The notes beneath the pieces are model-generated. The model ran no database searches and had not been told where the DNA came from. It was given only the letters and a program-made list of their open reading frames with translations. From the NCBI GenBank assembly GCA_965112735.1, contig OZ218951.1, forward strand, positions 1,426,001 through 1,490,000: a stretch of 64,000 nucleotides of DNA, in the 5' to 3' direction. Position 1 is the stretch's first letter, and each line of letters opens with the position of its first letter. The translations under genes and the position numbers were made by a program. Shown here in pieces: positions 25,452 through 38,968 of the stretch. The stretch is from Phaeosaccion multiseriatum. Its lineage: Eukaryota; Protista; Ochrophyta, other classes.

Positions 25452-28138
25452 TCAAAAGATGATGTCTTTCCGTGTGCCACGCAGCAACGCCTTGGGAAGG
25501 CCCGCGCTCACATACTCCGCTCCGTCTTCTTCTTCTTCTTCTTTCTCCTCTTCCTCTCTCTTTCCTTCCAACTCCGAGGTCCTCCTCATCCTGCTGCTCA
25601 GCTTCTCCTCCAGCTCCTCCCCCGCCTCCCCCCCCCCTTCACCCATGCCCATATTCCTCTTCTCAGCCTCCTTGCGCTCCTCCTCCTCCTCCCCTCCCTC
25701 AACCCCTTCCTCCTCCTCCTCCTCCTCCAGTCGCTTCTGCTCCAGATTATGCTCAACGTGCATATTGACCATATCCATCGTACTCTGCGGGTCGTTCCTA
25801 ACCTCCCACGCCATCTTGGTCAGCTTGTCCTTCTTACTAAAGTGTGCAAAGCGCACACTGATGACCCTCCTCCCGGGTATCCGCTCTGCTAAGCGAGCCC
25901 TGAGCCAACCTGTCTTGTCCTCCAGTCGCTGTTGGATGGTCTGAAGGATCATCTCTTCCATGTTCTTCGTTTCCGCCTCCCCCGTGATCTGAGTAAGCAA
26001 TAACGTAGAGTCGACGGTGTGCGCGCGTGTGCGTGTGTGTGCGTGCGTGTGTGTATGTGTGTGTGTGCGTATGTGTGTGTGAATGTGTGTGTAAGTGTGT
26101 GTATGTATGTGTGCGTATGTGTGTGTTTGTGTGTTTGTGTGTATGTGTGTGCGTGTATATGTGTGTGTGCGTATGTATTGGGAGTGGGGAGGGCGAAGTC
26201 AGTTAGCGATTTGAGTCATTTCAGTGCATCTCTCTCCACCCCACGCACTCCTGTCCACCCACCCTCCTTCATCCCTCTCCCTTTGTTGCCCTCTCTTCCC
26301 CCCTCTGTCCCTCTCTCTCCGTCCCTCCCCCCTGTCTCTACCTCCCCACGCACCATTGCTAGGCGCTCCTGCAGCCTCGGATCCATGGGCATTTCCTCGT
26401 CGCTCAGGCACCAAAACACAGACGCATGGATGCCATCGATAGACACGACCACGTCTGTTACTTCAATGGGGAAGCCTGAGTTGTTCCAGAGATAGAGAGG
26501 GAGGAGGAGGAGGAGGAGGGGGGGGGGAGAGAGAGAGAGTGGAAAAGAGAGAGTAGAGAGAGACAGAGAGGGAGAGAGAAGAGACCGAGAGAGAGAGACA
26601 GAAATAGAGGAAAGAGGAAGCGCGAGAGAGACAGAAAGAGAGGGAGAGAGAGAAGGGGGGAGGGGGTAATGGCACAGACACGCTGATGAGCTTCCTACAG
26701 CGTACAGAGGACGCTATACCTGTCTCATCGCCTAATTGTGATGCACTCCCCGGGGGGGGGAGGGCAAAACCCGGCAGCACCCTCACATGGACAAAGCCTA
26801 ACCAAGCAAGCCTTATCCCATCCATCCACCCATCCATCCACTGCCATCCATCCACCCATTTACCTACGCAACCACCCAGCACCACCCACCCATGCAACAC
26901 CACCCACCCACCCACGCACCCGGCAGGAGTACCCTGGAGGCCAGGCCCTTGTCGATCTCGTCGGCGAAGATCTCCATGAACGCTCCTTCCATCATTCCCT
27001 GCCTGCTCTGCTGTTTGATGGAAGCCATCTTGGTGCGCCCTGCCTCCTTCTCCTCCCTCCCCACAGCTTTAAAGGGCTTGGACAGCTTGCCCGGCGGGCC
27101 CTATGCATGTATATGGAGCGTAGATCGATAGAGAGGTAGATATATGGGTAAACAGATCGACAGATAGATGCGAAATAGATGGGTAGACAGGTGTAGAGAC
27201 AGATGGACAGATAGACAGGTAGACAAATAGATCGAAAGATAGGTATCATGGCAAAGGATGGTAGGTAGGTAGTCAGCGTAAGACGCACAGCAGCAACAGT
27301 AGTAGTAGCAGCAGCAAGGAAGGCACCGGAGGCTTGAGGAGGTGTGGGGTGAACGGGGTGCTTCTTTCCACCTCTCCACCTCCAGCCCTCCTCTTTGGCG
27401 CAAATTGGACCACCCCTTTCGCTTGCTATCCATCTTTGCAGCGGAGAGTCGTATCGCAGTTCCAGACATTCGCAGCACGCACGTTGACGTGAGCCTTTTC
27501 TTTTCCTCCTCCTCCTCCTTTACTTGCTTCTCTTCCTTAACCACCCAGTAAAGTAATTTATTCCCACACACCTGAGAGAAGTCCTCCAAGGTCTTTTTGC
27601 CTCTATCCAGAGCTTCTCGGTTCTTTACCAGGCCCTGCCCCTGCTTGTGCTGGTTGGAAGGCGCGTGCCCCTGCCTTCCCTCACGCCCACGCTGCTGCTG
27701 CCGCGGCTGGTACAATGGGGGGATGTCGAGGCCTTCTTCTTCTTCTCCTTCTTCTTCTTCATGTTCGTTGTCTTCATGATCGTCGCTCCATGAAGTGTCA
27801 TCCCCCCTTTCCCGTGAGAGGGGGCGCCGCTGCTGCCTCTGATACTGCTGCTGCTGTTGTCCGTGCTGGAAGCCCGAGCCGGCCCATCCAAGGATACAGC
27901 GTCGCACTTGCTTGCTACCTCCGCCCAATGTACACGCGGGGCGGCGACTGGATGATGGACCAAGACCAGAGAGTGCTCGTTTTCCCCAGGATTGAGGGGC
28001 GGGAGACTCATGATACGAGGGGCTCGGGAGCGGTGCGGCATACTTTCCAAGATCCCTACAGCCTGCAAACGCCGCGGGCCGCCTCCTCAGCACGCTTCCA
28101 CACCGAGTCGAAAGGCCAGAGAGGCGGCAGACAACCAT
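25452..28138 (-). CDS. RbfA-family ribosome-binding factor A, probably mitochondrial, multi-exon
   Basis: IEVTDVVVSIDGIHASVFW and KTGWLRARLAERIPGRRVISVRF resemble the RbfA KH-fold motifs; the Arg/Ser-rich N-terminus resembles a transit peptide. Confidence 0.65.
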
Positions 28139-28476
28139 CGTTCGTCCTCTCCCCCCGACTGCCCTCGGCCAACGGGGGTAGGTACTGTATGTCAATGGCC
28201 CAGCCCTAAACGTGTACGGTTTCGACTTTTTTTTCGGCCCTCCTTCCTTTTCTTTACTTCCTATCCCCTCCACATCACAACTACCAGTAGGAGACGTTGA
28301 ACAATCAAAGGCCCGTTCGGCTCTCCCCCTCTACCTCCTTCTTTTTCTTTACTTCCTCCGGTCTGATCCCCCTCCACATCACAATCAGCAGTAGAGACGT
28401 TGCTGGAAAAGAACGTGCTTGGAGACTGGGGGAGGGGGTGCTTCTGGGACCGAGAGGGAGGAAGAAGGAGGCTACC

Positions 28477-29909
28477 ATGGGTTCAGGTGCTTCCACGAGC
28501 TTGCCGGATGTCGGCAAGATGTCACCCGAGGAGAAGGAAGCGCTGTACGAGAGAATGACAGACCTCGCCCGCGAGTCAGAAGGGAAATACGACGCGAACT
28601 CTGAAGAGATGAAGATTTACCATCAACTCAAGCAGGAGCACGATGACAAAGTCGCTGTGGAGGGGCAGCAGCAGGCATCAGGCGAAGCTCCACCATTAGC
28701 TGAAGAGAAGGCATCTCAGGTCGTAGAAGCAGCAGCAGGCGTCGAGGGGCAGGACCAGCCGCAGCCGGCGCCGGCACAGGAGCCGCCGCAGGAAACAAAG
28801 AGAAAGGAAACCGCGGACAAGTCAGAAGAACCGGACTACATGTCCACGGAAAGCGACAAGCTCTTTGTCGGAGGTAACTAGCAACCCGGTCATAGCTTCG
28901 TGTCTCTTGCATCTTTAGAAGACTCACTCACTTTCTCGTTCCCTTTCCGTTTCCCCTTCCCCCATCCCTTTCCCTCTTCAGATGTAGTATCGGTACAGGA
29001 CCCCCATGGGCCCATGTGGTTCGAAGGGCTGCTCATTTCCATTGAGACGGCCGGGTCGTATACCGTTCAGCTCGACGACGGAATTGTCAAGGTGGAGCAG
29101 GGACAGATTAGGTGAGCGAGAGCGGGTCTTTCTTGAAGCATATGGCGGAGAGGCGAGAGATATCTCTTCGGTAGCTCTGCCTGCCGGCCTCTTTTTCTGT
29201 CTGTCTTCCTCCTCCTGCCTGCCTGCCTACCTACCTACCTGCATATCTACCTGTCTGCGTGGCTGCCTTCCTCCTCCCTGCTGTCTGCCTGTGTGCCTCC
29301 TGTCGTAAGCCGTGCTTGTTTCGCCAAGAGATTACCAATGCTACCCCCACAGAACAGCACTCCCCTCTGCACACACCCGGCCAATACAAAGTATGGGCAG
29401 AAGGACGTGTCCTATTCTTCGCCTCTCTTTGCCCCTGACAATACTCACTCACACTTGACACGGCGCAGGAGGGTGCACCCCTGGAGTGTACTCGAGATCG
29501 AAGACATAGTCATGGCCAAGCCCCCCGGAGAACACATGTTCTTCCGAGGAAAAATAACAGCGGTGAGAGTGTGCGCGTGTGCGTGAGTGTGTGCGTGCGA
29601 GTGTGCGAAGCGAAGCTGCGGCCTGTTCTGTTGATCACCTCCCGGGGAAGGGTGTGTTGAGGGAGCGGGGGCGGATTTATTGACTAAATAGGAATCACCT
29701 AAGAGACTGTGGAGGGAGCGGGGCGGGCTTGCCAAGTCTTCCCTCCCTTCAGCATGTGGGGAGGGGGAAGCTTCTCCGCCCAGGCTTGCTCTGGCGAGCT
29801 GACCAGAGCCGTACCTTCCCTCCGATACTCTCTTGTCCTCACCTGTTGCTTTGTCCCTGCTGTCTTCTCCCTCTCTCCTCCCCCCCCTCCACGGCCATCT
29901 CTCCCCTCC

Positions 29910-29945
<36 letters not shown>

Positions 29946-30306
29946 GTGCTGGTGGTGGTGGTGGTGCTGCTGCTGCTGGTGCTGGTGCTGCTATAGATCG
30001 ACTCTGACCACCACTTCTCCGTGTTGCTGGAGGGCGATGACCCGTCTGACGTCATCACGGGCATCCACGGGGCGGACGTCAAGAAGGTAAGGGTCAGTGT
30101 CAGTTCTCTCGAAACAGTCAAACAAACACACAAACGAACGAACAAAACAACAAACAACTCACACAACACTCTCGCTCAAACGAATGCCACAGGTCAGCAC
30201 GGCGCGCACCAACGCCGCTCAGCTGTGGAAGACGGCGCTGGTGAAGGTTGTCTCCGTCAATCGCCTTAACCGGTTCGGCCTGCTGCCGGTGGCGACCCAG
30301 GCGTAA
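28477..30306 (+). CDS. Putative N-myristoylated protein with two Tudor/SH3-like repeats, 5 exons
   Basis: MGSGAS start; LFVGDVVSVQDPHGPMWFEGLLISIETAGSYTVQLDDG and LEIEDIVMAKPPGEHMFFRGKITAIDSDHHFSVLLEGD; GT-AG exon chain ending VATQA*. Confidence 0.6.
29659..29726 (-). mobile_element. ~35-bp 3'-tail fragment of the CRE-like retrotransposon, flanked by a ~15-bp target-site duplication, inside an intron
   Basis: TTTATTGACTAAATAGGAATCACCTAAGAGACTG (29676-29709) differs at 2 positions from 49145-49178; it is flanked by GAGGGAGCGGGG(G)CGG on both sides. Confidence 0.8.
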
Positions 30307-30914
30307 CTGCCTCGATCAAGCTGCGAGATGCCTTTTTATGACCTTGGTTTTCATGGTTCTATATCTTATGGTTTTGAGTTGCGATGTATGTCATATCTGG
30401 CAAATGTTGTCAGTGTTGCTTCTTCTTTAGAAGACGGAAAGCACCGTCCTGTGTACCCACTCGCGCACCAGACGTCCAGTAGCCGGAGGGAGGGGGGGGG
30501 GGGTGGTGGTGGGGTGCGTTGAACTTGCATTGAACTTCGTACGACAAGACAAGAAAACAATTTGTAATATAACAATATAACACACAAAACTAACCATCAC
30601 ATCCAAGGGTGATGTCTTTGTCTGCTCGCTACGTACTCTTGGAGAAACAAAAAAAAATGCTCTCCTCTCTCTCTCTGTGGTGGAAATCTCCAAAGCAGGC
30701 AGAGCCCATTTCAATCCACAATTGGGCAGAATGGAAAATAAATACCCCCTGCGTCCTTCCCTCCCTCTCTTTCGTCTCGTTCGCCCTCCAACCTCCCCCT
30801 TTGAGAAAAAAGTATATACACACTTGACTGTGGTGGCGAGTGCTTTAAAGTAAGTGACATCAAGCCCAAGTCTAGTATCACAGTATCGCTCTTCCCTCCC
30901 TCCCTCCTCCCTTC

Positions 30915-31993
30915 TCATAGACAGGCACTGATGCAGCACCTCGTGAGCTCATCAATCTTCGCTCCTTCGCACTGCTCTGTGAAGAGAAGCTCGCCGCTGG
31001 GGCACGTGAGACTCGTGGTGCCGTTGTTGAAGAAAGTAGCAGAGAAGCCCATGATGGAACAATCGTCACACTTCCACCAAGGACTTTTTAGTGTTCAAGG
31101 AGGGGGGGGGGGGGGGGGACGGAGGAGCGAGTGAGCCTTCGCTGCAATACGTTTGACAGTCATACTTGAGGGCCAGGCCAGGAGCTCAGAGGTGACAACA
31201 CAACTCAACACAGTATCACATCTCACTTGACCATGACATGACCATTGGCAAGCAGCACATCCGTTCGGAGTCCAACTCAGACAGAGCTCCTCCCCTCCCG
31301 CCCTCCCCCACCATGACTTTAGCTATATGCCCCCAATGCATATATACTTGTAGTAGTACGTCATCACTTACTCTTCACGCGGGATCTCTTGGCAAGACAG
31401 CTTGGAGCACCAGTCGCACGTGTTTCCGGGGCGCTCGCCGCCGTAGAGCATGGCCAGGCCACCAATGAGCAGCACCACGGCTCCCACGATACCCGCAAGC
31501 TGAAGGAAGCGCTGCAGGGGCGGGAGGAGCGTGGGGCAGGGGGGAGAGGGACGTAAGACATTCTCTCATGCAAGCATAATACCCACACATGCACGCCCAC
31601 ACCCACCCACCCACCCACCCACCCACCCACTCACCCACCTACCCACGACCCACACACACACACACCCACACACCCACACACCCACACACCCACGCACATG
31701 CACGTGGCCGATCTTGATTGGATTGCCGAGGGAGTCCTCGCGTTGCATGCAGCACAGCATGGACCCCATGAAGAAGCCCATGACGAGCCCCCCCAGGTGG
31801 GCAAACTGGTCCAGGAAGGGCAGCAGGCCCAGAATGATGTTCGCCGCGGTCATGAGGAGGAGCATGGTGACGGTGGAGCACTTGTTGGTGTAGATGCCCT
31901 GTGTGGTGCAAGTGGGTTTGTGGGGTGGTGCAAGGAGGGGGCAAGAGGCGAAAGGTCAAGGCATGGAGCACACCACAACCACCACCACGATAT

Positions 31994-32024
<31 letters not shown>

Positions 32025-32076
32025 GAAACAGCAAAGGAAGGTTTACGCGGGAGGGGACAGAGAGCTATGAGCGACG

Positions 32077-32109
<33 letters not shown>

Positions 32110-34207
32110 CGGTTAGTGAGGCACATGCACGAGGAGGAGGAGGAGGAGGATGAGGGGGGGGGGGGCGCTGTCGCAGGGTGGACCCCACCAGCAGCAGAAT
32201 ACAAAAGAGAGCAACTCTAAGCCCCTTGATTTCTATGGATTGATTGCACGTACCCAGTTCTGGAAGAGGTCGGCCCATACGGCTCCAAACACACCAAAAA
32301 TGGCGCCGCTGGCCCCCACAGTAATAGTGTGGGGCAAGAAGAGCGCCGATGTAACCGTCGAAAACAGTCCGCTGACCATGTACACAAGGCACAGCACCCA
32401 TGCTCCATACGTGCGCTCAATCATGACGCCGAGGTTGTAAAAGCCGAACATGTTGAAAGCGTAGTGCAGCACCCCGGCGTGGAGGAAGAAGGCTGAAGGT
32501 TGTTTGTATCAGCGTCGGACGGGGGTAGGGGGTTTTGGGGGTAAGTGGGGATGAGGGGGTGGGTGGATGGGTTGGGGGCGGGGCAAAAAACGGAGATGGT
32601 AGTGGACCGGCAGGCAAGACATAGCCGAGAGGCGCAAGAGGGAGGGAGAGAGGGGGGCGGGGAGGGAAGGATGGAGGGACGGAGGGAATGTCATGAACAA
32701 ATGGGGAGGGCAGCGGAGAGCGGGGGTCTTTGGGTGAGAGGGCGACGTGAGGGCACGTGCATCGGGGAACGAGGCAATGGGAAGTCCGTTGAGAGGAGAG
32801 GGAAGATGCGCTGGGGCGAGTGAAATAGATGGGGTGGGGGGGGGGTGGTTGGGGGCATCAAGCGAGGGTCGGCAGGCAGAGGCACACCGCAGACAAGCAA
32901 GCAAGCAAGCAAGCAAAGGAGGGAGAAAGAATCACAACTCCACCGTGTGCTGCTTCGTTCGTTCGCACACCCGCACGCACACAGTCCATTGTACAAACGT
33001 GCGGCGCGAAAAAATTGAGCAGCACCGGTGTGTCATACCATGCTTCGCTTCGTACCTGATATGAGCCGCCATCCCTCCCCTTCCTCCACTATCAAGTCCG
33101 TGTCTCGCGCGCCGCAGGAGATGAGGGTATCTACGGAAGGGCCGAAACTTGGGTTGTCGGCAAAGGGCTCAATGGCCCAGTCATTGACCCACATTTCCCA
33201 CAGGAACAGGAGGAGGCACGCCAGCACAATCAAGGGGGTGAAGATGATCATGTGGTCGTTGACCACCGCGTACTCGTGCTCTCCTCTGGCTGGACCATTC
33301 TCATCCCCAACCCGAGCGCCTTTGCTGCCGTTCCCCTGCATGGCTGCCTTTCGCCGGGACGCCTCGCCAGCTTGCTGCATGGGGTTGCTGCTGCCCGGCT
33401 CAACACCAGCCTGTCATGCATACATGCGCGTGTTACGTAATTTTATGTGCAGGTGTAGTGCAATGTGGCCCGTCGTACACAAAAGAGCAGCAGCACAGAG
33501 AGAAAGAGAGAGAGATTGGTCGGTGAGCGAGATGGCGAGCGCAGAGCAGGCGAAAGTGTGTGTGTGAGTGAGGCAATCAATCAATCTATCAATCAATCGC
33601 TCAGTCGCTCAGTCGCGCAGTGCTCCTCCCGCAAATAACCACCCCCTGCGTCTCCTACCTCGTTGTTCTCCGCCCATTGAGACCGGACAAGGCGAGTCGG
33701 AGAGGAGGACACGATTACTGCGGAGGACATGACCCTGTTCCAGGAGTGCAACGCCGACGGAGAGAACATGCTGTGCTGGCTCTGTCCGCCGGCAGAAGAC
33801 ATGCGGACCACCTGTGCCCTCGCGGGATTGGGGTGGGGGGATTGGCTCTGAATGTTGATGGCGAAGGCGGGCACAGTGGCTTCGACGGGAGCGAAGCGTT
33901 CTTCCTTGCACTCCTCCTGTGAGCTTGCATAACTTTCACCATCTCTACTGGAGACTTGACTGCCGGAGGAGGCTTCACTAGCGGAGGAGCCTTCGCTGCT
34001 GCTAGCACTGCCGCTTTCGCTGCCACTGTCGCTGCCGCTGTCACTGCCGCTTTCACTGCCGCTTTCACTGTCTCGCCCACTGGCGGTGGCGAAAGAGAGA
34101 TTGTCGGAGCTGTTATTATCTTCTTCCTCGTCGTAATACTGACGGCCCCTTCGAAGAGACATGCTGGGAGACGAGCGGGGAAGCCGTGTGCGTGTCTGAT
34201 GGGCCAT
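30915..34207 (-). CDS. Rhomboid-family intramembrane serine protease, multi-exon
   Basis: NPSFGPSVDTLISCGA, EGWRLI, FLHAGVLHYAFNM, catalytic TVGASGAIFG, LGLLPFLDQFAHLGG, and a Cys-rich C-tail ending RCCISACL*. Confidence 0.92.
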
Positions 34208-35160
34208 CGGACGGCAACGGCGAGGATACAAGCAGCGGGTGGATGGAGGTAAAAAATTAGCGAGGGAGCGGGGGAGGAAGGAAATGCGCCGCCACTGCAG
34301 ACAGCGACGATCAGACTATCGCATAGCAGTCGAAGGGATTCGCAGAGGCGGCAGGAGGGGGGGTGAGGAAAATGTTCGAGGGTGCGCTATCGTGACGAGG
34401 ATCCAAGATTCGGACTTGCCACGTTGCTGGCCCCGTCTCACCTGCTGGCGAAGACCGACGAGTGAAGCTCCCTCCTCTGGCTTGGGGCGTACGACCAATC
34501 GAGCTTCTTGGAGTCCGGTTCACTGGGCCTTGAAGTGTCTTAAGTTTGTTGCGCCGGAGAAGGACACGCGCACAGTGCCGAGAATACAGAAGAGAAAGAG
34601 TAAATTATCGCGGGATGCGAAAGCAAGAGGCACCCGGCATTGTAGTGGACAGTGAAAGTAAGCGTTCTGCACAAAACCTTGCTCTGCGGCGCTGTGCCTG
34701 CTTTCGCTTGCTGCTGTTGGCTCTTTGTTGCTCCTCTCGGTCGGATCAATTTAATTCACAACGACGACGACAGTTGTCGGCGACAGGATAACAACACGTA
34801 AAGAACGTTCCCATAGCCAACTCCCAAATTGATTGACGCTGACAACCATAGAATCATGTGCTGATTTTTTTTTTTTAATGCTTTGTTACTTACTTGTGTT
34901 GTGTAATAATTATATGCAATAGTTAGAGTTATTTTTCTCCCACCCGGCCCACAACCCCCGTCTGCTCTAAAGTCTCGTTCCTGTCTTGAAGTGCAAGAGA
35001 GGCAAACCAACCAAACGCGTTGTTCTCACAAAATAATTTTGGCCCCAGAGGCAGAGGCGCCCATACACACATACATAGAGGACCAGGAAAGCAGCATATA
35101 CAGCTGCAAAACCCATCTCCTTCTGGCCGGCAGGACTGGCACCACCCGCATGTTCTATCT

Positions 35161-38100
35161 CTAGCACGCGTGGAAGGTTCCGAAATCGCAGTACCTACAG
35201 TTGGTATCTCCTAAGCATCCAACTCGGCCAGGGCACGATGTGTCCCAAACGCAGCTCTGGGTACCGACACCGCACGAGCCTACACCGTTGCACGAGGAAG
35301 TGGATTCGGAGGACCTGGTGCCGCCGCTGCTGCCGCCGGTGCTACCACCGGTGTTGGTGGCTTCGGACCTGCTGCCAGAGCTGCTGATGCAGTCTGCGAA
35401 GCCGCCGAATCCACAGTACCTGCGTGAGGAGTGAGGAGTGAGGGGGGTGGGGTGGGGTGACGGGTTGGGGTGAGTGGTGAGGATGAACGTGCAGTGCAGT
35501 TCAGTTCAGCTGTAGAGAGAACTGACAGATGGAAGGGGAGAGAAGGGGGGGGGGGGGGGGTGAGCACTTCAGGACGTACCTGCAGGTCTCGAGGCACCCA
35601 AGGCCTCCCGTCGTGGAACAAGACGAGAATTTTTCGCAAGTCTGCGAGCCCACACCGCAGGAGCCTTCTCCATCGCAAGATCCGCGGCTCGTGGTGCCGC
35701 CCCCGCTGCTGGAGCCGCCGCTGGAACCGCCGCTGGAACCGCCGCTGGAGCCGCCGCTGGAGCCGCCGCTGGAGCCGCCGCTGGAGCCGCCGCTGGAGCC
35801 GCCGCTGGAGCCGCCGCTGGTGCAGTCGGGGAAGCCTCCGAATCCACAGAAGCGGCACCCGCTGGAGCCAATGCACCCCAGGCCGCCACTAGCGCAGCCG
35901 GCGAACGTCTCACAAGTCTGCGTGCCAACGCCGCACGAACTCACTCCGTTGCACTCTGAGCCGGCAGCGGCCTGGCGATCGGCCGCGGGCGCCGCGGGCG
36001 TAGGGCTCGGGGCGCCGTTGGTCGGGGTGGTCGGGGTGGTCGGGGCAGAGCCAGGGGGGTCGCACGTGTCAAAGATTCCGTAACCGCAGTACTTGCAGCC
36101 CGTCTCGCCGATGCAGCCGAGGCCGGAGGGGCCTCCAGGTGAGCAAATGGGGTCAAACGCACAGCTGGTCACGTCGCAGGAGCCACGGCCGACGCACATG
36201 TTGGTGGGGCTCCTAAAGTTGTTGTCAGGGGGCGAGGCCGACGGCGTTTCGACGGTAGGGGGCGCAACGACGGTGGGGGTGCGGCTCGCGTTTCCGCCCC
36301 AGCTCTCCGTGTTTCCGTTGGGGCAGAAGGTAATGCGGTAGTCAAGGTCGTTGATGCCGTTGCTGCGGGCGTTGCTGCACGTGAAGGTGGAGCTGTGGTC
36401 ATCGTACGCGTACGTGTACGCGGTGGGGCAGCCAATCTTGAGCCACTTCATGTGGGGCTGAGCACGGTCGACCCACACGGGGTTGATGCCCTGGCAGGGG
36501 CTCGACGAAAAGACCTTCTCGCCCAGCTGCTCCTCCCACTCGGCACAGCCGCACACCTCGTTGCCCGCACCGTAAGAGTAGCCGGAGGCTCGGTAGGGGG
36601 AGTTGGTGTCGCAGCCGTACAACATGGCGTTGTTAGTCCTGGAGCCTCCCTGCCCCGTCTGCTGGAAGCACTGGAAGGGGTTTGCGGCATTCGAGTAGTA
36701 CTCCGGTACGGCGCTCCCGCCACGGGGGCACACACTCACAGAACTCCACCAGCCCAGCGGCTCTCCACATACATAGGGCTTGGAGTAGCTGTTGCCGGGC
36801 ACCTCGGATCGCCCGCACCTCTGGGAGCCAGGGCAGTCGCCGTCGCTCGTGCAGTCACCTCCATCCTCTGTGACCCACAGGTACTCCTCCACGTAGGTAC
36901 CATCGTTGGGTGGGGAGAAGCGTCCCGTGTCGAGGTAGGGGTTGAAGTCCCAGCTGCAAGTCTCGAGGAGATTGGTGCGCCTCTGCGTGCCTCCCGGGTT
37001 GCCGCACCAGTACGCGTCCTCGCGCTCCGTGTACGGCAGGGAGTCACGCTCGTCCACGTCGCCAATGGGGGCCATCTCCATAGGAAGGTTGACGCCGTCA
37101 ATGATGGACAAGTTGTAGTAGTCGGTGCCATCGGTGAGCGTCATCTCAGCCTTGGTGACGGGACCTAAGGGCAGACGGAGAGGTGCAGACAGGGGAGTTA
37201 AATACTTGAACAACACACACTGACGCGCGAATGCAGCACGTTAGGGGGAAGGCGCAGCAGGCGCAGCATCAGACAGGAGGCACACGGCCCTCGGCAGAGA
37301 CAAGGTCGAGAGTGTTAGTCATGGCAGGGGGTTACTATTGGCCACCGACGGAAAAACGGAAAGGTGTGCAGCAGTAGTAGCAGCAGCAGCAGCAGCACAG
37401 TAGCAAACTCAGCGCCACAGGCAACACAGAGACCTAAGGCCAACAGCAGCAGCAGACAAGACAAGGCCCCATTTGTTTAAACAGGGCCGCAGCAGCACTG
37501 ACGCATGCCAGTTCGAAAAGCGGAACATTCGGTACCACCACAGCGTGGCCAAGGGGCGAGCAGCAGCAGCAGTAGACAACCGCAAGCACCAGAGACTGAC
37601 ATACACAGGCAGGCCCAGACCTCGAGGAGGAGAGTAGAAGCCAGGGATGATGAAACGCCTCACCCTCTGCCCACCCCCCAAGAATTCCATTTGAACAAGT
37701 TATCGCCACGCACCCACCGCCAAGGTGGGAAACACAGCAGCAGCAGCACGGCCTTAGCCGTGCCAGCAGAGAGCAGCTCTCATCATAACTCATGCAGCCA
37801 TCACTAACTTTCACCCAAACCACCCGCAGTCAGCATCCCCAACAGTCCTCAGCGCTAGCGTGACGTACCCGTTGGGCCCATTGCTTCTGTGCACGGGCCG
37901 CCACCAGGGCACGCGCCCGTGAGGCAGCTGCTACCGTTGGCATCGCAGACGTGGCCTGCCCAGATGTTACCGTTCCACTTGGTGCTCCCCCGCGCCACGG
38001 CGGTGAAGTCCACCTCGATGCCATCGCCCGCCCCAAGCATATACCCGTTAAGATCGGCAGTGCCTCTGGGCCCCGGCATGGTGAAGTGTGCTTGCCCCCC

Positions 38101-38223
38101 GCCAGCCGTCCCTCCCGTGTAGCCCAGCCGAATCGGGCCATCGCACTCATTATCAATGAAGAAGCTCCTCCCCGAGGCCAGTCCTGGCAGCGCCGCAAGG
38201 AGCAACGCCTGCGCACACCTCAT
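35161..38223 (-). CDS. Secreted thaumatin-like (PR-5) protein with four C-terminal Cys-rich repeats; 3 exons
   Basis: Signal peptide MRCAQALLLAALPGLASG; FFIDNEC, WNGNIWA, PVTKAEMTL, DYYNLSIIDGVNLPM, CPTAYTYAYDDHSSTFTC, YRITFCP; followed by four C..C..C..C.GG(L/V)GC..C(R/K)(Y/F)CG units. Confidence 0.92.
35704..35820. repeat. 12-bp coding tandem repeat (SSGG)n linker in the thaumatin gene
   Basis: (CCGCTGGAGCCG)n directly visible. Confidence 0.9.
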
Positions 38224-38968
38224 CGTGTGCCGTTTGCTGTCGCTGCGCGCTCTCTTCCTTCCCCTCTTGCCTCCTCCGTCTGTGCTCTCCTGCTCCTGAA
38301 TAATAATGATGAAAGCGGGTCCTTGCTGGCGCTGGGGGTTGGAGGTGGCTTTGAGTGAGCGGGGCGCAACAGCTTTCCCGAATGTGGGACGACCGCACCC
38401 GAATACCAAAATAGGGCGTGGTGGGCGGGTCAGACCACCCAATTAGACTTGGGAACCGTCCTAGCCTGTGAGAGGACGATATAATGACGTCGAAAGTTTC
38501 GAGATCAAATTTGATTTTTGAGGGAGCGGTTATTCGCGGAGGGAGAATCTTTCGTTTGAACAAAAATAATGACGTGTTGCGTTCAGGATGCGCCCCGGAA
38601 CAGAAATGGAGGGAAAACTCGCAACACAGTGTACCCGCAGGCCAGCTGCTGCTGTGCGTATTATTATTTTCGTGTTTCTTCGTCTTCTGGCCAGTCTACC
38701 TACAGTAGCTACTGGTTCTCATTTGTTTCAGTTGCAAACAAAAAGTCGAAAAAAAGGGACAGCAGAGAGCAGCAGACCCTTGAAAAAATGGTGAAAAGAC
38801 AACCGCCCCTCGAAACCCGCCGCGCCGCCGCGCCCTGACTAGATATTGATAGGTACGTGGAGCGAGGCAACAAACAGGCAGGCGGAGGCGGAGCGATGAC
38901 GAAGAACTCCCCACCATCCGCGCGCTTATCCTCGTCAGACTAGCCTTCCCCGATTTTCCGATGATGGT

